A DNA stretch of 32,225 bases. Origin: an uncultured Mycoplasmatota bacterium. GTDB lineage: Bacteria > Bacillota_I > Bacilli_A > RF39 > UBA660. The translations under genes were made by a program, and so were the position numbers. The stretch's first letter is position 1. Each line of letters begins with the position of its first letter. The DNA lies in the NCBI GenBank assembly GCA_947645535.1, contig CANSDD010000002.1, positions 1 through 32,225 of the forward strand. Reading direction: 5' to 3'. Shown here one piece after another: positions 1 through 6,855 of the stretch. The notes under the pieces are model-generated. The model made no database searches and was not told the origin of the DNA. It was given only the letters and a program-made list of their open reading frames with translations.

Positions 1-46
1 AAATAAAGCAAATCTTGTATTTTTTTATTTTGTGTCATTTGTAAGG

Positions 47-175
47 TCATAGTCCATTTTCCCATCTTGAAACTGTTTTATCTGTAACTCCTAATTTTTC
101 AGCAAATTCTTTTTGTGTAATTCTTTTCTTTTTTCGCATATCTGCAATAAACTTTCCAATCTTTTCTTGATTCAT
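47..175 (-). pseudogene. Short or truncated XRE-family helix-turn-helix protein (42 codons)
   Basis: My minus-strand translation is MNQEKIGKFIADMRKKKRITQKEFAEKLGVTDKTVSRWENGL-stop. It carries the classic HTH_3 signature (ITQKEFAEKLGVT..TVSRWENG) and follows an AAAGGAG Shine-Dalgarno. The ORF stops right after WENG, where full-length family members continue. It is below the ORF-track length cutoff. Confidence 0.4.
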
Positions 176-341
176 ATTTTTTTCTCCTTTCTTTTACATT
201 TTACAAATAAAAGTTTTTTCAGAACATACCTTAGATGTAGAATTTCGTAATTCTATAAAATTGAGAATTTTTATATCAAAAACTTTGATTTTCGATGTGA
301 ATTCTTTATTTTAAACGATGTATGAATAATCTAATATCTTA

Positions 342-364
342 TTTTACTACTAATTTACTACTTT
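342..364. repeat. Copy 1 of a 23-bp perfect direct repeat, TTTTACTACTAATTTACTACTTT
   Basis: The identical 23-mer recurs at 1607-1629. Internally it is TTTACTACT-AA-TTTACTACT, a 9-mer dimer with 11-bp phasing. Confidence 0.9.
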
Positions 365-420
365 ATATAAAATCTTCATACAATTACATAAAAATGATAC
401 ATTTTTTCTGATATGAATTT

Positions 421-449
421 TTGACAATAATTATAAAATGTGTTATTAT
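421..449 (+). promoter_or_regulatory. Sigma-A-type promoter
   Basis: TTGACA lies at 421-426, followed by a 17-nt spacer and TATTAT at 444-449. A TGn extension (TGT at 441-443) precedes the -10. Confidence 0.6.
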
Positions 450-456
450 GAATATG

Positions 457-570
457 TCAAGGGAACTTGCATAAAATAAAAAAGGGAACATTCAGTTTTT
501 GCGAGTTGAATGTCTACCCAATGAATTGTGAAGACATTTAATTCAATGAAGAATTAAGTGTCATTTTTTT
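457..570 (+). ncRNA. Candidate transcription-attenuation leader or ~110-nt sRNA of unknown class
   Basis: The unit lies downstream of the 421-449 promoter. A 5-prime hairpin spans 484-519 (GGG/ACATTCA ... TGAATGT/CCC). Its 3-prime arm TTGAATGTC (506-514) can alternatively pair with GACATTTAA (533-541), which is the 5-prime arm of the terminator. AGGGAAC occurs twice, at about 463 and 483. Confidence 0.35.
533..570 (+). terminator. Intrinsic terminator
   Basis: GACATTTAATTC (533-544) pairs with GAATTAAGTGTC (551-562) with one G-U pair, giving a 12-bp stem and a 6-nt loop. A T7 run follows at 564-570. Confidence 0.7.
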
Positions 571-603
571 ATTACTACTATCATAATGATAAGGAGAAAT
601 AAA

Positions 604-678
604 ATGATAGCAATGAGCTTAAGAGCTTTAATGATAAAAGTCCTAGTTTTCATTTTTATCAAACCTCCTCTCTATTAG
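604..678 (+). CDS. 24-aa hydrophobic small ORF (MIAMSLRALMIKVLVFIFIKPPLY)
   Basis: An AAGGAG Shine-Dalgarno sits 8 nt upstream of the ATG. The peptide has a hydrophobic core. CCTCCTC at the 3-prime end of the ORF is complementary to its own SD. No homology is recognised. Confidence 0.25.
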   Translation: MIAMSLRALMIKVLVFIFIKPPLY

Positions 679-813
679 AGATTTGGTAGACACTCAACAA
701 CTGATATTCCCTAAAGGAATTATACTATAAGTTAGTTTATTAAACAAGCGAACACGCTAATTTTTATAAACTTAAAGTCGTTTATTATAAATTAGTATTA
801 TGGAGATGAGTTA

Positions 814-1437
814 ATGAATGTGAATGAAGAATTAAAAAGATATATTGAACAAAACATATTTCCACGATATAAACTAAATGATAAAGGACATCAAATAGAG
901 CATATTAACTATGTTATCAATAGATGCTATAAATTAAGTAAAAATATGGATATTGATAATAACATGCTTTATGTAATAGCGGCATATCATGATATTGGTT
1001 ATTATGTAGATTATAAAAATCATGAAAAAGTTTCTGCTCAAATTATGTATAATGATACGAACTTAAATAATTTTTTTAATGACAAGAACTTAATAATAAT
1101 GAAAGAGGCAATAGAAGATCATAGGGCTTCATTAAATCGAGAGCCTAGAAGTATTTATGGAAAAATATTATCATCTGCAGATAGAAATATCGATGTTGAT
1201 GATTCATTAAAACGAATTTATCTTTATAGCATTACACATTTTAATAAACTTAGTGAGGAAGAAACAATTGAGGAATGTTATAAACATACATTAGAAAAAT
1301 TTGGAAACGGTGGTTATGCTAATTTCTTTGTAGAAGATATGGAGTATAACAATTATTTAAAAGAATTACGCAATCTTTTAAATAATAAAAAAGAATTTGT
1401 CGAAAGACTAAAAGAAATTAAAACTAAAATTAAATAA
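814..1437 (+). CDS. HD-domain metal-dependent phosphohydrolase
   Basis: The H...HD...H...D pattern is present: GHQIEH, AAYHDIGY, EDHRAS, SSADRN. A GGAGATGAG SD precedes the ATG. Confidence 0.85.
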   Translation: MNVNEELKRYIEQNIFPRYKLNDKGHQIEHINYVINRCYKLSKNMDIDNNMLYVIAAYHDIGYYVDYKNHEKVSAQIMYNDTNLNNFFNDKNLIIMKEAIEDHRASLNREPRSIYGKILSSADRNIDVDDSLKRIYLYSITHFNKLSEEETIEECYKHTLEKFGNGGYANFFVEDMEYNNYLKELRNLLNNKKEFVERLKEIKTKIK

Positions 1438-1443
1438 AAAATT

Positions 1444-1464
1444 TGCTACATGCTACACGCTACA
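1444..1464 (+). repeat. Three tandem 7-bp units, (T/C)GCTACA
   Basis: The sequence reads TGCTACA TGCTACA CGCTACA, starting immediately after the HD gene stop. Confidence 0.8.
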
Positions 1465-1493
1465 TAATAAGGGTAATACTATACCCTATTATG

Positions 1494-1526
1494 GCGAGGA
1501 CTTTGTGGCTACGCCACTAGTCTCGC
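1494..1526. other. GC-rich bulged hairpin in an AT-rich spacer
   Basis: GCGAG(G)ACT at 1494-1502 pairs with AGTCTCGC at 1519-1526. An inner GTGGC-TAC-GCCAC stem-loop lies at 1505-1517. No T-run follows, so it does not look like a terminator. A second small hairpin, AGGGTA/TACCCT, lies at 1470-1487. Confidence 0.6.
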
Positions 1527-1606
1527 TCATAAGACTATACTTTAATAATGTACAATGTCACAGCATTTTTAATATTTAAAATTAATGTCTCAAAAAATAT
1601 TTAAAT

Positions 1607-1629
1607 TTTTACTACTAATTTACTACTTT
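1607..1629. repeat. Copy 2 of the 23-bp perfect direct repeat, TTTTACTACTAATTTACTACTTT
   Basis: It is identical to 342-364, and the two copies are 1265 bp apart. Confidence 0.9.
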
Positions 1630-1783
1630 TGAAAGCAAAAATATAAGAAATTATAAAAATATATTCAAACATTTTCTAAAAATAAAATGTCGTAAATCCT
1701 CATAAAATAAGAATATAACAGCATTTAAGAACTTATAAAAAGTTACTTAAAAAATACTATACTTTTTATCTAAAAATTTAACT

Positions 1784-1815
1784 AAAAAAGAAAAAAGAGC
1801 TATTTTCATAACTCT
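1784..1815 (-). terminator. Intrinsic terminator of the sortase-substrate operon
   Basis: The minus strand reads AGAGTTAT-GAAA-ATAGCTCT followed by TTTTTTCTTTTTT. It starts 8 nt after the stop at 1824. Confidence 0.7.
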
Positions 1816-1823
1816 TTATTTGA

Positions 1824-2336
1824 TTAAGCTTTTACATTACGTCTTTTACGAGAAATTATAATCATTAATCCTAATGAGATAAGTGCTACTGCAGCTACTG
1901 GAAGTACATAAGCTACATCTCCAGTATTAGGGCTGTTTGGTGCTCCTATCTTCTTATATTTTACACATAAAGCACTATCTGCACTAAGATCAGAAAAAGT
2001 AACTACTCCATCTGCTGGAATTGCAATATATTGACGATCTTTTAAAATACTTTCTATTTCATATCCTTCTTTTACATTGATTTTGAATGATTGAGTACAT
2101 CCTTCATCTACCTTTATATGCATTTCTTGACCACTTGCAATTGTGATAAGTGAACTATCTCCTGATATAGTACAACTATTTTTTGTTGTTGTAATTGAAC
2201 CATAGTCAATTCCTGTACCATCTTGTCCATTAATAACATGGATATCAATTTCAGCAGCTGATGCTACTCCTGTTCCTATACATAGTGCACAAAATGCAAT
2301 TGCGAAAAAGCTCATCATTTTTAAAGTTTTTTTCAT
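1824..2336 (-). CDS. Small secreted cell-wall-anchored protein with an SPNTG sorting signal
   Basis: The N-terminal signal peptide is MKKTLKMMSFFAIAFCALCIGTGVASA. The C-terminus carries SPNTG (nt 1920-1934), a hydrophobic helix and an RKRRNVKA tail, which is the tripartite sortase sorting signal. A GGGAGAG SD is present. Confidence 0.8.
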   Translation of the reverse strand: MKKTLKMMSFFAIAFCALCIGTGVASAAEIDIHVINGQDGTGIDYGSITTTKNSCTISGDSSLITIASGQEMHIKVDEGCTQSFKINVKEGYEIESILKDRQYIAIPADGVVTFSDLSADSALCVKYKKIGAPNSPNTGDVAYVLPVAAVALISLGLMIIISRKRRNVKA

Positions 2337-2390
2337 AAAACACTCTCCCTTATTCTTACATTACCATTATCTACTATTTTGAATAGAATG

Positions 2391-4889
2391 TCAATCCTCT
2401 ATTTTCTCTTCTGTGGCATTACTTGACATATTATTGTCTATTACGACATATTTTACAATTCTCTTAGCTATTACAATAAAGCGTTTAGAACCATTTTCGT
2501 CTGTACAAGTAGAAAGGGTTAAAATATGATCTTTTGGAGTAACTTCTAAATCACTAGAAATAATGGATTTTTCTTTTATATTTTCTAGATAATCTAAAAA
2601 ACTTTCCTCACTATCAAAATTAAATTCATATTTATCTTTTGCAGAATCAAATTCATAAGCCGCATAAATTTCATATTGGTACGTAGCATCTGGAGTAATA
2701 AGCCATACATATTTGTGTTCTTTTAAATATTCTTCATTTTTATATTTTTTTAATGAACCAAACATTGTTCCATTTCTAAGATTATGGGCATAAAGAATTG
2801 TATTTTCAGAGGTAAAATCAGTATTATTACGATAATCCATGAAAACAGAGCCACTAATGTTATACTTTTTATTATATAAATGATTTAAATAGAATTCATT
2901 GTTTTCTCCTTGCGATACAGGATAGTTAATTTCTGTACCATCAATTCTGACCCAAGCGACTACTTCTTCATTCTCAGACTTTAACGGTTCAAAATCTATT
3001 TGTGGTATATCATCATTGATTGGAAATTCATCTCTATCTGGATCCACTTCTAATACTTTATTTGGAATTGGCTTCGTTGCTCCCATTTGCTCTTGAATTT
3101 TATTATAACTATTATTAGCACTCCAATGATGCCATAAAATTCTTCCAAGTAAAAATAGTGAGATTGAAAAAATTAAAATTAAAATAACAAGTATTACCAT
3201 ATAAACTTTTTGACTTACAATCTTCTTTTTTAAGACTTTTTTCTCTATTTCCTTTGCATATTTTAAGTCTAATACTTGTGTTAAATGAAGCTCAGCATTT
3301 TCATAAAGCTCTGGTTTACTCATATATTCTACATAATGATATAAACATTTTAAATGATTACTTGCGAAAAGCCATTTTTCATGATCTTTAATTACATAAC
3401 GACTAATTCTTTTTTGCTCTACCTCATAAAATTTTGTAAAATATTCATTGATTTTGGAGAGAAGTATTTCTAATGATTCATATGTTAAACGTTTTTTTTC
3501 TAAATTATCGAAAAACTCTCCTACGAAATATTCACAAAATATTTTTTCTAATAAAACTTCTGTTTCTGAATATCTAATTTCATATTTTAGAATTGTCATT
3601 ATCTCTTCAATAATTTTTGAAATATCTAATGATGTTGTTAAAATGGTTTGTTCATAATATCTAGCAAGATCTTTATGTATCTCTTTATTTCCTTTTTTTG
3701 AAAGTTCTATTTCTTTTTCATATGACATCAATAATTCTATAATACTCTTTCTTGTTCCATCACTATGATAATCTGTCATTAAATATGGAAAGGTATGTAA
3801 AACTGATGTTTTTTCCAAAACTATTTTATCAAGCAATTCATCAAGTGTTAAAATGGGCTTTTCTGAAATTTCACTTTTTTTATTCTTTACTGCTTTTATA
3901 ATTTGTTGCTCATAATCTTCAATAATACGTTGATAAAGAGATGGTGATACATCTTCAAAAAAACGCAAACGACTAATTAAGCTTTGGTCAACAATTTCTT
4001 TTTCAATACTTAAATAAGAAAATTGTTCATAAAAAGGTTCTATACCTAATATTTCTTTAATTGTATACTGTTTTCTGCTTTTAATTTCTTCATATTTATT
4101 ATGAACAAAAGATTGGTATTTATTTCTTTTTTCAAGTAAATCAAACAAATATGGTAAATACGATAAGTTTTCTTCTAGTGTTGTTTTTATAACTTCTCTA
4201 TTTATATAAAGATCATTTCCCTCATAAATAAATGGTATATCATCTTTTAATGAAACAACTTTTACATGATCTTGAAAACCTAATTGTTCAAATAAATCTA
4301 AAATTAAAAAACGAAATAGCTCTGCATAGATTTCAGAAGAAATTCTAAATTCATGATTTTTTTCAAACAAAACATAAAACAAATAACGGAGATAATGATG
4401 AGGCATTAAGTGATTTTTATAAATCATTAAGTATTTTAAAAGATCATTTAATTCAAAATCATTTAATATTTTACTTTTTTTCATTTGTTTATGATAATAT
4501 CTACCTATTTCATTTTGATAATATTCAAAACGGATTTTAGACAAAAATTCTCCAAATGGAGCAAGTTCTCCAGGATATTTTTGATATAATTCTAGTAAAT
4601 TTAAGCAGGCTTTATTTTCATAAAAGGAAAATGGATCTTCTTTCATTTGCTCTAAATACAATTTTTCTAAAATTTTTATAATAAGAGATAGATAATGAAA
4701 ATTTTTATTTCTTTTCATAATTAGAACAGTACTATTTAAAACACGTGAAAACTCATCTAAACATTCTCTTCTAGGTAAAGTGCCATTTAAAAAAGAGCAA
4801 TCATCGCTTCCATGTAATAATTGTTGATATAGAACATTATCGTCTAAAATATATAGCAACTGTTCAATTGTAGTATTCCCCTTTTTCAT
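2391..4889 (-). CDS. srtB: Class B sortase domain fused, through one TM helix, to a ~560-aa N-terminal domain of unknown function
   Basis: The C-terminal ~200 aa show sortase B hallmarks: AWVRIDGTEINYPV, ILYAHN (His codon 2784-2786), ILTLSTC (Cys codon 2505-2507) and SKRFIV (Arg). One TM helix, VYMVILVILILIFSISLFLLG, lies at about nt 3135-3205. The N-terminal ~560 aa are helical and contain no motif I recognise. Confidence 0.85.
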   Translation of the reverse strand: MKKGNTTIEQLLYILDDNVLYQQLLHGSDDCSFLNGTLPRRECLDEFSRVLNSTVLIMKRNKNFHYLSLIIKILEKLYLEQMKEDPFSFYENKACLNLLELYQKYPGELAPFGEFLSKIRFEYYQNEIGRYYHKQMKKSKILNDFELNDLLKYLMIYKNHLMPHHYLRYLFYVLFEKNHEFRISSEIYAELFRFLILDLFEQLGFQDHVKVVSLKDDIPFIYEGNDLYINREVIKTTLEENLSYLPYLFDLLEKRNKYQSFVHNKYEEIKSRKQYTIKEILGIEPFYEQFSYLSIEKEIVDQSLISRLRFFEDVSPSLYQRIIEDYEQQIIKAVKNKKSEISEKPILTLDELLDKIVLEKTSVLHTFPYLMTDYHSDGTRKSIIELLMSYEKEIELSKKGNKEIHKDLARYYEQTILTTSLDISKIIEEIMTILKYEIRYSETEVLLEKIFCEYFVGEFFDNLEKKRLTYESLEILLSKINEYFTKFYEVEQKRISRYVIKDHEKWLFASNHLKCLYHYVEYMSKPELYENAELHLTQVLDLKYAKEIEKKVLKKKIVSQKVYMVILVILILIFSISLFLLGRILWHHWSANNSYNKIQEQMGATKPIPNKVLEVDPDRDEFPINDDIPQIDFEPLKSENEEVVAWVRIDGTEINYPVSQGENNEFYLNHLYNKKYNISGSVFMDYRNNTDFTSENTILYAHNLRNGTMFGSLKKYKNEEYLKEHKYVWLITPDATYQYEIYAAYEFDSAKDKYEFNFDSEESFLDYLENIKEKSIISSDLEVTPKDHILTLSTCTDENGSKRFIVIAKRIVKYVVIDNNMSSNATEEKIED

Positions 4890-4894
4890 CTCTT

Positions 4895-5071
4895 CTACTC
4901 CGCATTATTCTCTTTTAATATTTGACTTGCCTTTAAGTAATGGTGGGCCAAATGAAGAAATTCATTTGCTTCTGCTTCTTTTTTACATTTTAATGCTTCT
5001 TTATATTTTTCAAAGTAATAAACCATTTTTTCTCGATCATTATAGCTTCTATCAAAATAATTTTTATCCAT
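4895..5071 (-). CDS. 58-aa small helical protein, first gene of the sortase unit
   Basis: My translation is MDKNYFDRSYNDREKMVYYFEKYKEALKCKKEAEANEFLHLAHHYLKASQILKENNAE. An AGGAGTGGG SD precedes it. Its TAG stop (4895-4897) lies inside the SD of the 832-aa gene, 5 nt before that gene's ATG. It is below the ORF-track cutoff. Confidence 0.5.
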   Translation of the reverse strand: MDKNYFDRSYNDREKMVYYFEKYKEALKCKKEAEANEFLHLAHHYLKASQILKENNAE

Positions 5072-5096
5072 TTATACCCACTCCTATTCTGTTTTT

Positions 5097-5125
5097 ATTT
5101 TAGCACACAATAATGAAAAGAACAA
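5097..5125 (-). promoter_or_regulatory. Candidate promoter of the sortase unit
   Basis: The minus strand shows TTGTTC, a 17-nt spacer, then TAAAAT. An imperfect palindrome, TTCTAT-N4-ATAGAA (about 5157-5172), lies just upstream. Confidence 0.5.
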
Positions 5126-5202
5126 GGTAAAAAATGAAATTTATGTTTGACAAAGATATTCTATTATGATAGAACAAACACAGATTGATAAGAAACTTCA
5201 TA

Positions 5203-5233
5203 TAAAAAAGGAGGCGCAATCTAACGTGTGCCT
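5203..5233 (-). terminator. Possible second (tandem) terminator after glyQS
   Basis: The minus strand reads AGGCACA-N8-TGCGCCT (one A-C mismatch) followed by CCTTTTTTAT. Confidence 0.3.
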
Positions 5234-5280
5234 GTTAGCTATCTTCTCTATTCTTATTTTGTAAGAATATCTTATATAAT

Positions 5281-5314
5281 AGAAAAAGAAATCTGCTTTA
5301 AGATTTCTTTTTCT
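5281..5314 (-). terminator. glyQS intrinsic terminator
   Basis: A 13-bp perfect stem, AGAAAAAGAAATC / GATTTCTTTTTCT, with an 8-nt loop lies directly after the stop at 5316. Confidence 0.75.
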
Positions 5315-5315
5315 A

Positions 5316-6692
5316 TTATATAAAGTCTTTCACTTTCTCTTCAATGTAAGATACAATGTCTTCAAGTGAAAGTGTAATTTGCTCCATAGTATCTCTATCT
5401 CTTATTGTAACTGTATTATGATTTAATGTTTCATCATCAATTGTAATGCAATATGGAGTTCCAATAACATCTTCTCTTCTATAACGTTTTCCAATATTAC
5501 CAGCTTCATCATAAGTTGTCATAAATTTTTTGCTTAACATATCATAAATTTCTAACGCTTTATCACTATGATGTTTTTTGATTAGTGGAAGTACTGCCAC
5601 TTTATAAGGAGCTAAAGATGGTTTTAAACTTAATACTTCTCTTGTGGTTCCATCAGGAAGTGTATCTTCATGATAGCTTTCGAATAAAACAGCTAAGAAA
5701 GTTCTATCAAGTCCATATGTTGATTCAATAATATATGGAATATATTTTTCATTTGTTTCTGGATCTAAATATTCTTGTGATTTTCCACTATATTCTTGAT
5801 GACGCGATAAATCATAATTTGTTCTATTATGTGTTCCATTTATTTCCCCCCAACCAAAAGGGAATTTATATTCAATATCACAAGCTTCTTTGGCATAATG
5901 AGCAAGTTTTTCATGATCATGATATCTTAAATGTTCTTCACTTAATCCTAAATCCATAAAAAATTTTTTACCATATTCTTTAAAATAAGCATAAGTTTCA
6001 GAATCTGTTCCTTCCTTACAAAATGTCTGAAATTCCATTTGTTCAAATTCAATTGTTCTAAATGTAAAATTACCAGGAGTTATTTCATTGCGAAATGCCT
6101 TTCCTATTTGTCCAATAGAAAATGGTAGTTTTGCTCTCATACTTCTTTGTACGTTTAAAAAGTTTACATATTCACCTTGAGCATTTTCTGGTCTTAAATA
6201 AATAACTGATTTAGAATCGTTAGTCACTCCCCTATATGTTTGAAACATCAAATTAAATTGTCTAATATCAGTAAAATTTGATTTTCCACATTTAGGACAA
6301 ATCACATTATGTTCTTTAATATAAGCTACCATTTCTTCTTCTGTCATTCCATCAGCATGTGCATTAGAATCGAAATCATCGATTAAATTATCAGCCCTAT
6401 GTCTTGTTTTACACTCTTTACAATCAAGTAATGGATCAGAGAATGAGCCAACATGACCAGATGCTTCCCAGACTCTAGGATGCATCAATATATCTGCATC
6501 TACTTCATAACTATTTTTTCTCTCTTGTATAAAACGCTTTCTCCAAGCATCTTTAATATTATTTTTTAATCTACTTCCAAGTGGACCATAATCCCAAGTA
6601 TTGGCAAGCCCATCATAAATTTCACTTCCTTGAAAAATAAAACCATATTGTTTACATAAATTTACCATTTTATCCATTGTTATTTTTTCCAT
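5316..6692 (-). CDS. glyQS: Glycine--tRNA ligase (alpha2, GlyQS type)
   Basis: The 458-aa length is typical. The N-terminus reads VNLCKQYGFIFQGSEIYDGLANTWDYGPLG, and RPENAQG is present. A T-box leader lies upstream. Confidence 0.97.
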   Translation of the reverse strand: MEKITMDKMVNLCKQYGFIFQGSEIYDGLANTWDYGPLGSRLKNNIKDAWRKRFIQERKNSYEVDADILMHPRVWEASGHVGSFSDPLLDCKECKTRHRADNLIDDFDSNAHADGMTEEEMVAYIKEHNVICPKCGKSNFTDIRQFNLMFQTYRGVTNDSKSVIYLRPENAQGEYVNFLNVQRSMRAKLPFSIGQIGKAFRNEITPGNFTFRTIEFEQMEFQTFCKEGTDSETYAYFKEYGKKFFMDLGLSEEHLRYHDHEKLAHYAKEACDIEYKFPFGWGEINGTHNRTNYDLSRHQEYSGKSQEYLDPETNEKYIPYIIESTYGLDRTFLAVLFESYHEDTLPDGTTREVLSLKPSLAPYKVAVLPLIKKHHSDKALEIYDMLSKKFMTTYDEAGNIGKRYRREDVIGTPYCITIDDETLNHNTVTIRDRDTMEQITLSLEDIVSYIEEKVKDFI

Positions 6693-6726
6693 GTTTTTTC
6701 CTCTTTTCTATTTTTTTAATCAATGT

Positions 6727-6850
6727 AAATAAAAATTCCCTTAGAATATAAGGACGAGTTACCCCGCGGTTCCACCTTACTTATTCTAAGAGAATCAGCT
6801 TTATTTATATTGCTCTTGGTTTCCAAGCCAGTCATTGCATTGATTTATAT
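6727..6850 (-). promoter_or_regulatory. T-box leader (glycine), unusually compact
   Basis: The minus strand carries the T-box motif AAGGTGGAACCGCGG (about 6765-6779), whose UGGA can pair with the tRNA NCCA end. A competing short terminator, CCTTA-TATTC-TAAGG (6739-6753), is followed by a T-run. Gly codons GGC (6827-6829) and GGA (6822-6824) lie in or at a small hairpin at 6812-6828. Confidence 0.75.
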
Positions 6851-6855
6851 ATTCT

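Noticed and set aside
239-254. The palindrome AGAATT-N4-AATTCT and nearby GAATT repeats between the truncated XRE gene and the 23-bp repeat, considered as a possible XRE operator.
   Set aside because: The palindrome is short and AT-only in a spacer of about 20% GC. The adjacent XRE gene appears truncated. There is no second line of evidence.
3448-3657. A 69-aa plus-strand track ORF antisense to the sortase-fusion gene.
   Set aside because: It lies entirely inside a much longer, motif-supported minus-strand CDS. The sequence is low-complexity and S/I/F/K-rich, as expected from the antisense of AT-rich coding DNA, and it has no SD. The same reasoning applies to 5735-5959 (antisense to glyQS), 9965-10198, 15876-16091 (an alternative frame within murT) and 16540-16722.
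5147-5262. A plus-strand TTGACA (5147-5152), an AAGGAGG (about 5208-5214) and a possible 32-aa or 12-aa hydrophobic ORF ending at about 5262.
   Set aside because: No -10 element lies at a workable spacing from the TTGACA. The ATG at 5166 has no SD, and the GTG after AAGGAGG is 11 nt away and encodes only 12 aa. The GGAGGCGCA...TGTGCCT segment is better explained as a hairpin, a possible second glyQS terminator on the minus strand.
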